Shown piece by piece: positions 54,441 through 64,000 of a stretch of 64,000 nt of DNA. The number at the start of each line of letters is the position of its first letter. Position 1 is the stretch's first letter. The stretch lies in assembly GCA_951406725.2 (NCBI GenBank), contig OX597825.1, positions 33,108,001 to 33,172,000 of the forward strand, written 5' to 3'. Position numbers and translations under genes: made by a program. The stretch is from Octopus vulgaris. Lineage: Eukaryota. The notes under the pieces were generated by a model. The model made no database searches. It had not been told where the DNA came from and was given only the letters and a program-made list of their open reading frames with translations.

Positions 54441-54731
54441 TTAAACTGACACAATAAGCTTTTCTCTGTTATAATTTGTAAACTGTTGAGCAACTTCCCT
54501 CAGGTCTACAGGAGAGGTGAAGTTGGGATAAACAAAAGATATAGCATCAAATAAGAGTTTGATGTTGAGATGTTTCACAAAGTTTTCCTTCAAGGTGATA
54601 ACTGGAGAATCCTTTGGTTCATCACTTTTTGCCAATTGTTGTAAAAAGGATTTTGGTTGCTGCTTCATATCACAGGACGAGTTCCAAAGATAGATGTTTA
54701 ATATATTGCAGGCAGTGATGGCATCAAGACG
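54441..54731 (-). CDS. PINK1: PINK1-like terminal coding exon
   Basis: tttcag acceptor; RLDAITACNILNIYLWNSSCDMKQQPKSFLQQ...LIVSV*. Confidence 0.82.
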   Translation of the reverse strand, partial: RLDAITACNILNIYLWNSSCDMKQQPKSFLQQLAKSDEPKDSPVITLKENFVKHLNIKLLFDAISFVYPNFTSPVDLREVAQQFTNYNREKLIVSV

Positions 54732-57700
54732 CTGAAATTCAAAAAATTGAATAATTATTCAGAGTCAATAAGGTAACAGCCATTATAACATTCCTAGATA
54801 TAAACTGTTTTCTTCTTTTCACTCGGTTCAAAAGACAAAATTGTTAAGATAATGGAATACTGTAACATTCATGGCTTTTACAAGAGCTTTAACAGAATTA
54901 GTGAAATGAAATTGCTTCATCTTGGGATTATTGTGATCTCATCCTGTCCAGAGATTAACTCTTGCTGAATACTGTTCAAAAGCATTCATAGATGTATTCT
55001 ATAGAAACTAAAGTCTAAGGAAGCAGTGGTCATCTGCAACAACAAACATTATTTAGTGGAGTCTGAAAATCTGGATAAAGCCTGTATTCTATAGAAAGAC
55101 AAGAATCCTGGCCTGGCTCTCCAAGGGTTACAAGTGTTCCAGTTGATCCAATCAATGAAAAAACCGGTTCATGAAATTAACACATAAGTGGCTGAGCATT
55201 CCACAAACACATGTACCCTTACCCTTAACGCAGTTCTTGAGGAGAGTCAGTGTGACACAGAATGTGACTATGCTCACCCTTTGAATTACAGATACAACTC
55301 TTTTTTGTCAGCTGAGTGAACAGGAGCAATGAAAAATAGTGAGCAATGAAAAACTTGCTCAAGGACACAATGCACCACCAGGAATCAAACTCACAAGCCT
55401 TTTTAGTCTCCCCATACAAACTTATCTAAATTTGCAGACTTTAAGTGATACATTAATTTAATCCAGTTTCAAAAAGCAAAGTAGAGAGGCTGACTGTCAT
55501 GTGCCCTAGTGACTAAGGTATTGGGTTCGCAATTATAAAGTCATTGGTTCAATTCCTGGAACAGGTAGTGTCCAGTGTAAATGCACTTCATTTCATGTTG
55601 CTCCATTCAACACAGCTGAAAGGGATTAAGAACCAAATGCTGGTGCTACACTGTCTCTCTCTCCCTCCAACTGTCATATCCTGGATGCTCCTTGGGTCAG
55701 GGCTGTATTAAGAACTTTATAAAAAACAAAAAGCCAGTCACTGAGTCAAATGTGAAGTTGCAAGCATTATGGTCAGGACCTTAATGCTGAAGATAATAGT
55801 TTCCTATCAACATGGGAGGTCAACTTCCTCCTTCTAACTTAAGCCACGACAAAGAAAAAGAAACATAACTGCATATCAACAGATGAATGGGTGATAGATA
55901 AGGTAATCAATTATATCTACCTGAGTAGGGTCTTTAATCATCAGGCCATCAATCACTCTTTGTATCACAGGTGGGATGAAATCTATGAAGGGACCAAAGA
56001 AAAGGAACAATTATTAAAAAGCAACAATAAAGGAAATGATGAGGGCAGTGGCAGAGGGATGGTGGAAGGTTGTGCTGTGGGAATTTGGCCATCATGTATA
56101 GAGGTAAGTCAAGGGGCAACTGCATATAGGTTCTTTCATTGAGGTGGTGGCAGTGGTTGGGAGTCAAGATATTTTCTGCAGAGGTCACTGGAAGAAAACT
56201 TTGAACTGCATGTTTATGTACAAGTCCTTCTAATGTTGGCACAAGGCCAGCAATTTTGAAGGGAAGGGGCAAATTGATTACAATGACACCCAGTACTTGA
56301 CTGGGATTTATTGACCCAAAAGGGATGAAAGATAAAGTTGACCTTTGGTGGTATTTGAACTTTGAATGTAAAAGGCCAGAAAAAGTGCCGCCAAGTATTT
56401 TGTCTCATGAGTTAACAACTCTGTATATGGGTATATATGTATACATATTCAGTTTCTTATTTCTTTATTGCCCACAAAGAGCTAAACATAGAGGGGACAA
56501 ACAAGGACAGACAAAGGGATTAAGTCGATTACATCGACCCCAGTGCATAACTTGTACATAATTTATCAACCCCAAAAGGATGAAAGGCAAAGTCAACCTC
56601 AGCGGAATTTGAACTCAGAATGTAACAAAAGACGAAATGCCATTAAGCATTTCGTCCAGCATGCAAACGTTTCTGCCAGCTCGCTGCCTATATATATTCA
56701 GTTTCTGTCCACCAAATTTACTCACAAGTCTTTTATGCACAGAGAGCTGAAATAAAAGGCACTTGCCCTAAGTGTCACACAATGAGACTGAACCCAAAAC
56801 TATGTGGTTACAAAGCAAGCTTTTTAACCACACAGCCATACCTGAATCTATGTTGAAAGTAGAAAAAAACAACAACTATGGTGATGATGTTTTGGTGCTG
56901 CTGCTGCTGCTGATGATGATGGTGATGATGATGATGATGATGATGATGAGGAGGAGGAGGAGGAGGAGGGTAGTGTTGTTAATTAGCTTCAACTGACAGA
57001 CTTCTTTGGTAGCTTGGATTGCAAAATAGAAAAAAAAAACAGAAAAAAGGCTTTCACTTGAAAAATACTAAATAGAATTTAAAATTGTGACACTTACCAG
57101 GAAATTCTTCCCTTTCTTTTGTTCTCAGATCAAACAAATCCTTAATGCCAAAGATTTCAAATGCCAAGATTCCAGCTGCCCAAAGATCAACTTTAGAACA
57201 ATCAACCAGTCTATCAGACTTCGCATCAGATACCTTTTAAAAAGAGATCATAAATGCACTGTTACTTTTAACACAGAGTAGCCTCTGATTGGAATCATAT
57301 AGGTATCAGTCCCAGCAGAGATGGTGTCTTGTCCAATGAACAACTTCACAAATACTCAAATCTCTCTCAAGAAAATGCTAACTTGTAATATAATACACCA
57401 TAAACATCCTACATCTGATGTTGGAGTTGGTCTTTTCCAGCATCCATTTACTTTACATCTGTTTTTCCCGACTAGTATGAGTCAGAAGGTTAGATATTTA
57501 TCTTTAACACCTTTAGTTGAACAAATAGACCTCAGTACTTTTTTTTCTTTAAGCCTGACACTCATTCTATGAGTGTCTTTTGCTGAACTGCTGAGTTACA
57601 GGAACAGAAACAAACCAATATTGGTCATCAAGGAATGGAGGGAGATAAACACAAAGACACACACATTATATATACATAACAGGTTTCTTTCAGTTTCCTT

Positions 57701-60700
57701 CTACCAAATCCACTCACTTGGACAGTACTCACGTGTACGTGTGCATGCACGCAGCTGTCTATGCATGCACTAGCACTATGACCCAGCAACGCTGGGTCAT
57801 AGTGCTAGTCATGATGATGATTATCATTATTGTTTTTAAGTCCACTTTTCTATGTTTGCCTGAGTTGGACGAAATTTTGTTGAAGCGCATTTTCTACAAT
57901 CCTCATCTGTTTCCAAAGTAATATTTTCCCCATAATCAGACATGTTTTCATGGAAGATTGAGAATGAAAGATGCTACATACATGATGGTGGCATTCATTC
58001 ACAACAATCAAGTGATGTCAAAACAAAAAGTCACACACACACACATATTCTTTTGTTGTTTTATTTGTTTGATTCTTTTACTGGGAAGCAAACTTCTTAC
58101 CAGTCACACCATATTCAAAATGTAAGATAACAAACCTCTGGAGCCTGGAACACAGCATTCCCATCCTTTGCACAATCATATGGTACCATCATTCCAGAAG
58201 ATTTTCCAGCAAAACAACAACCAAAATCCGAGATAACAAGATGAGGACAAACATCTAGAAAAAAATTAAAAAGAACAAAATAAATCCGTTTTTTTTTCTA
58301 TTCACAAAGACAAAGAGAAAATAATCCAACTGAAATCGTTCTTTCGTTAGTTTCACTCATTGGACTATAGCCATGCTGGAGTACCACCTTCCTAAGATTT
58401 TAAACAATTATAGCAACCTCATTGCAGCCGACTTGAAGTGCTTTGATTTTGCTTATACACTGGCATTTCAGGAAAGCACACGACCATGTTTACACTAAAA
58501 ATAGAATTTTAAAAAAGGGGGGAAAAAAACCAAATTGAATAAAAGAGATTCTTTGTCCCTCACCAGAAGAATCGTCCAATGGAACATCTTCCAAGAGAAT
58601 ATTATTTGGTTTGAGATCACGGTGTGCCACTTGGTGTTTAATCATGTGTCGAATACCTTCCAAGAGTTGTGTGAACAACATCACTCTGACTCGCATAGAA
58701 GGATTCTTTGTTTGAAGATAATCACTCAATGTCATCTCGTATCTGGTGAGTTAAGAAAAAAGAAAAAAAACATCTGAGATAGATTCTTGTTAATAAAATT
58801 GTGGATTTTTTTACACTATTTACATCATCTATAAAGAAAGAACATAATTTTTAAAATATTTACTCCTTTACTTGTTTCAGTCATTTTGACTGCAGCCATG
58901 CTGGAGCACCGCCTTTAGTCAAGCAAATCGACCCCAGGACTTATTCTTTGTAATCCTATTACTTATTTCATCGGTCTCTTTTGCCAAACCGCTAAGTTAC
59001 AGGGACGTAAACACACCAGCATCGGTTGTCAAGTGATGTTGGGGGGACAAACACAGACACACAAACATATACACACACAAACATATATATATATATATAC
59101 GACGGGCTTCTTTCCTTTTCCATCTACCAAATCCACTCACAAGGCTTTGGTTGGCCTGAGGCTATAGTAGAAGACACTTGCGCAAGGTGCCACACAGTGG
59201 GACTGAACCATGTGGTTGGTAAGCAAACTACTTACCACACAGCCACTCCTATGCCTATTTATTATTTACATCTGCAAAACATTGGTTTGACCTTTTAGCA
59301 TTTAAACTGGTCATATCTGGTTCAACTATTTTACCAATTTTATCTTCAAACTGGTCAGCTCATACAAAAGATAAGCAATCACATCATTGAAAATGTAAGT
59401 GCATGATCAATTTAAAACAATGTGAATAAATAAACATTACATTTGACAGAATAATCTGAATGCTAAAAGGCTAATTTCCAATCATCAACAGATGTCTTGT
59501 TCATGAACGTGGATATAGTATGAGACTGAATCTGAAAACAGGGATCTTTATTTCCAAATGAAGACTAATTAAGCTTTTATCTAGAAGACTTCTTCTATTG
59601 TTTTCTTCAATACTCTTGCAGTAGAATTTTGTTTTTGTGACAGAAGTAGTATTAACTCAAATTAGCAATCTATACACCATACTTAAAGCACACACACTGT
59701 TGAAAGCCTTCTAAACTGCAATATTCATCTTGAGAAAGCATCTGTTATAGACATATTGTGTTAAAAAACACAGAAATATATCAGCAGCAGGCAAAAATCA
59801 CCAAACAGTAGCAGTGGCATTGATAAATACAAATTTCTACTTCTGGGAGATCTTCATCATCTCCTGGAGAATCTTCATCAGTAGCAAGTACCCACTAATA
59901 CTACATGTTAACCAAAAATTAGCTGATAGAGTTAAACAGTGATTGAAAAACCACTAATATCACATTTATCAACAAACTGAATAAAAATAGTATTAGTTCA
60001 AACTAGTAATCTGCCTATCATACTTAAAACATATACACTTGGTTTCATATATCTTTGATTACCTCCCCCTGTCCCTAACTTATTTACTCTTAGTTCACAA
60101 ACAAAGGATCGTTATTTCAATCCAGCCAGGTACAATGTACATATATAAAAATCTAGGAACTGGACACTTAATAACAATCAGAGATCTAACAGGTAAAAAC
60201 AGTGTAGATTTTATAATAAGATGCAAAGTTCTGTATCTGTAGATTGTGTGGGGGGGGGGAGGGGTGTACATGAATTCATGATTATGTGTTATGTTGGGGA
60301 CCATTATATGTGTATGTGAGTGATTAGCTTATTTCTATTCCCCAGTTAAGTTGAAAAACACTAAACCAAATCTTTAAAACTCTAATTAAATCTCTGATGA
60401 GAAACCAACCCCTAAAAAAACACCATCACTTGTAAGACAGTGATATTCTTTTACGACTATCAAGCAATGTCAATACAATGAGATACAAATACACCTCATC
60501 ATCATCATCATCAAGACTACAGACTTCTTTCAATTTCTGTTCACCAAATCCACTCATAAGGCTTTGGTCAGCCCAAGGCTAAAGTAGAAGACACTTGCCC
60601 AACATACGAACAGTAGGACAGAATCCAAAACATCATACCCATAGCTGTACCAAAGTGCCTTGCCATCATCATCATCATATATATATAGCTGTTCATGAGC

Positions 60701-63254
60701 AGGTTTGTGTATGTGTATAAGCAGTTTAGCATAGTTGTTTTGTTGTTTGGTCTGCTCAGCCACGATCAAGTAGACCTATGATCATAGGCACTCCAGCCAT
60801 GACCATCCCATCTTCTTTTCCCCAAGATACAGGTCTAGTAGATCTAAAGCTAGTTTATCTAATGTCTTTCCCTGATGTCTAGGTGGTGGGAGTGTAATAT
60901 GTAAGTGATTTGGTTGCTATTTCTTGCAGCTGAGTGACACATATTGTTCAACCTCAAGTCACCTTTGACTGTGGATATCTATAATTAAAGGTCGTCCACA
61001 TTATCCCATATGTTCTTTTTTAAGACCATGAGTTGTAATTTGAGGAAGAATTGGCTATAATTTTTAGTAAGTTAAATGCCACTTCCTTATGATACATTGT
61101 GGTGATGAAATTTGCTAAATATTATGATAAAATAAGCTTAAATAAGGTTTAGGAAAATAAACACTGTATATGCTTAGCCCTTTTGTTACCATATTTATGT
61201 TAAAATACACAGCCGTTGAGTCAATTAATTTTGAAAACAACAAAGAATTTAATAACACAACTTTGTCATTATAAGGCTGATGTTTAGAATATATATTAGT
61301 ATGAAATTTTAATTTAGATCACTTTAAAACAGGGAATTTGCATTAAAGAACCAAGGATACTTTCAGGCAGTTTGGTATCAGAAGGGTGAAATGACAATAT
61401 AATAGGCTTATAGATTTATAAAAAGCACATAAAATGTGAAATAGTTAAGTAAAAAAAAATAGAAGTGCTATCAGTAACACATGTAAATCATTCAATTTTT
61501 ACCTGTCTTAAGTTGAGAAAATAAATATTGATCACAAATAAAAATTTGAAGAAACCACTAAGGATCCTGGTTGCTTGATTACAAATTGTTAATTAGAAAA
61601 CAATGATGAAAATACCTTTTCATTATCAGGCATAGTGTCATACTTCGACCGAAACTCTCAGGATACAGATTCTGTGGCAGAGCAGATTTAAAGTTCTCAA
61701 CAGATTCAGGTAAGTCAGGAAGACTTCCATGGAATACATTGTATATGGTCACGATGTTGGGATGTGGAGGTAGTCTGCTTTTCTCAAGATCACTAGAAAA
61801 TAAAATAAAAATTTCAGGTCAAAATATTTTCCTTATCCCTTTAGCATTTAAGCTGACTTTCTCTGGCTTAAATATTCTGCCTGTTTCATATTTAAAATGG
61901 GCAGATCCAGCCTTTCACACTTATCCTACAATGTCATTCTAAAAATAAGTATCCACATCATCAAAGTCTCGAAACTTCAAGATAACCCATAGCCAATTCA
62001 AAAGAGTGAGAATAAATAAGAATTACATTTGACAGAGTAATCTGAAAGCTAAGGGGTTAAATAGATTATCTTATTTCACTTCCTTATTTCTATTGAGAAT
62101 TTGGATTGAAGAAAACTAAAGAACACTGGTGTAAAGTGCTACACAGTATTTGATTTCCTACATTTTAAGTTCAAATTCTGCTTCAGTCAGTTAGGCCTTC
62201 TTTCAGAATCAATGAGTTAAAATGTATATTGATCAATTCAGTCAACAGTATTGACTCTTTTACAAATCCAAACAAGTAGCAACGTAAAGAAAAAATTCCT
62301 TATTCATCCAAATTATGCAATATAAGCAGCTTTTTAGTAAAAACATTAACAATATTTAATGCCTGTGTACAGCTGAAAAGCCTGAAGCAGCAGTTTTGAT
62401 TGGGGAAAAATCCCTCACATCCAGAACAATATTGTTTCACCTAACTCTGAAGTATAGAGTCTTTTTTAAAACAGTACATTTGTGGCTGTGTGGTAAGAAG
62501 TTTGCTTCCCAACCACATGGTTCTAGATTCAATCCAACAGTGAGGCACAATTGTGAATGCATTTGGTAGACGGAAACTAAAAGAAGCCCATCATCATTTA
62601 ATGTCCGCTTTCCATGGGTTGGACAATTTGACTGAGGTCTGGCGAACCAGATGGCTGCACCAGACTCCAATCTGATCTTGCAGAGTTTCTACACCTGGAT
62701 ACCCTTCCTAATGCCAACCACTCCAAGAGTGTAGTGAGTGCTTTTACGTGCCACCAGCACGTTTTCAGTGGACCTTGAGAAGTTTTCTAAAAATCCATCA
62801 AATTTTAATATATTTGTGGACTAATGAACAGTTCACAGCTTTTAAATACTCTTTTTGACATAATTTAACTTTCGCTTGCATAAGTATTGCAAGACATGGA
62901 AATGAGGGACAGATATGAGGAGGTAGTTTTATATGTAAGATATAACATACATGTAAACTAGATATACAGCTAGTTTGTTCAGAGATACAGAGGTCATTGT
63001 ACAAATAGAAAACAGTCTAGAAAACACTCATTACTGTGACAAAAAGTGATTTTCACATTATAGACACACACATATTTTTAAAAGTTTAAACTTTTACCTA
63101 TCAGATATATCATCTTGTCCACTGATACGGAGACTTGGAACAGCTTCATTCCAAAACTTTTTTATCAGTTCATTATAATTACTTTCCACATAGTAATTAA
63201 ACAGGCATTTGATGACAAGTTCCTTATTTTCCTGACTGTTTTGGTTACAAGCAC
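54441..63254 (-). CDS. PINK1: PINK1-like mitochondrial Ser/Thr kinase, 5'-partial: join(63098-63254,61616-61792,58564-58742,58136-58254,57098-57233,55921-55982,54441-54731), about 372 aa in window
   Basis: GT-AG introns with consistent phases. PINK1-type motifs: LVIKCLFNYYVESN, LPPHPNIV, insertion-3-like LPDLPESVENFKSALPQNLYPESFGRSMTLCLIMK, QLLEGIRHM, AHRDLK, LVISDFGCC, GN...APE, SKVDLWAAGILAFEIFG, ACNILNIYLW. The glycine-rich loop and N-terminus are not in the window. Confidence 0.9.
55921..55982 (-). CDS. PINK1: PINK1-like 62-nt exon
   Basis: tcatag acceptor; FIPPVIQRVIDGLMIKDPTQ; gtagat donor. It bridges phase 1 to phase 0 exactly. Confidence 0.82.
56455..56688 (-). mobile_element. SINE family B in PINK1 intron
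   Basis: Reverse complement of 25192-25420. Confidence 0.8.
57098..57233 (-). CDS. PINK1: PINK1-like exon (subdomain IX)
   Basis: taaaag acceptor; VSDAKSDRLVDCSKVDLWAAGILAFEIFGIKDLFDLRTKRKEEFP; gtaagt donor. Confidence 0.88.
58136..58254 (-). CDS. PINK1: PINK1-like exon (DFG to APE)
   Basis: ttctag acceptor; VCPHLVISDFGCCFAGKSSGMMVPYDCAKDGNAVFQAPE; gtttgt donor. Confidence 0.92.
58564..58742 (-). CDS. PINK1: PINK1-like exon (catalytic loop)
   Basis: caccag acceptor; YEMTLSDYLQTKNPSMRVRVMLFTQLLEGIRHMIKHQVAHRDLKPNNILLEDVPLDDSS; gtgagg donor. Confidence 0.93.
58860..59255 (-). mobile_element. SINE family A in PINK1 intron
   Basis: Near full-length reverse-complement copy. Confidence 0.85.
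61616..61792 (-). CDS. PINK1: PINK1-like exon (HPNI + insertion 3)
   Basis: ttctag acceptor; DLEKSRLPPHPNIVTIYNVFHGSLPDLPESVENFKSALPQNLYPESFGRSMTLCLIMK; gtattt donor. Confidence 0.92.
63098..63254 (-). CDS. PINK1: PINK1-like exon (beta3 Lys / alphaC region)
   Basis: ttctag acceptor; ACNQNSQENKELVIKCLFNYYVESNYNELIKKFWNEAVPSLRISGQDDISD; gtaaaa donor. Confidence 0.85.
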
Positions 63255-63489
63255 CTAGAAATATAAAATATAAATTGTAAAAAGAAAAACAGAAATAAAC
63301 CCCAATATGTTGATATATATCTCTGTATGCAGTTGTACATTACCATGGATGGATGGGTGGATGGATGCTCCAATTGGTCTCTTATTTAATTATCTTTACT
63401 CAAATAACACACACACACACATTCAAAGTGATTATATTATCTAGATAACAAAAAGTATCAACTGCCATTACTGAATCATTACTGGACCT

Positions 63490-63528
<39 letters not shown>

Positions 63529-63776
63529 ATGCATACCTTGTATAAAGGTGAGTCAGTAAGTTATGCAAATATAAATTGCATAACTTTCTGACTCACCCTC
63601 ATTAGAAATTCATTTCTTCTTTGTTGCTCTAGAAATTTTTCTGCCACACTCGGAAAAACATCTGCATTTAATATGGTTGTAACTGATTTTTATAACTGAA
63701 TCAATTTAACCTTCTATTTTCAACTACTGTGATATACACATGTACATACAGTCAATCACAGTGCTGTATATGTGTG

Positions 63777-63852
<76 letters not shown>

Positions 63853-64000
63853 CACACTCACACACATAGTACAGGAATTGTCATTGACAGGAGAACAACT
63901 TGTGTGTGTGTGTGTGTGATTATATTTTGTAAGTGTATGTATGGCATTTTGATAAACAGTTGTTTGTATGTGTGGATGCATTCATATATGTGCAAGTGAA

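Noticed and set aside
54800-54860. ILTILSFEPSE as the missing PINK1 C-lobe exon
   Set aside because: It has no phase-compatible splice sites, and 55921-55982 fits exactly instead.

Overview
Eukaryotic, AT-rich, repeat-dense animal DNA. The SINE families and microsatellite load suggest an octopus/cephalopod genome (inference). I assembled two spliced minus-strand genes by hand: a complete 7-exon XPA (47048->36349, 285 aa) and the last 7 exons of a divergent PINK1-like kinase (63254->54441; its 5' part lies beyond the window). XPA intron 4 holds a full-length U6 snRNA copy fused to a LINE/SINE-type 3' tail, the most unusual element here. Most of the rest is mobile or repetitive DNA: several tRNA-derived SINE families, R4/Dong-like retrotransposon fragments in (TAA)n/(CATA)n arrays, CR1, RTE, CRE and Penelope fragments, a solo LTR, decayed DNA transposases, a MULE-like MITE with a 9-bp TSD, foldback elements and minisatellites. 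There are also up to three hammerhead-ribozyme-like motifs. Most ORFs in the supplied track are microsatellite or SINE artefacts. All coordinates were read by eye, and repeat boundaries are approximate.
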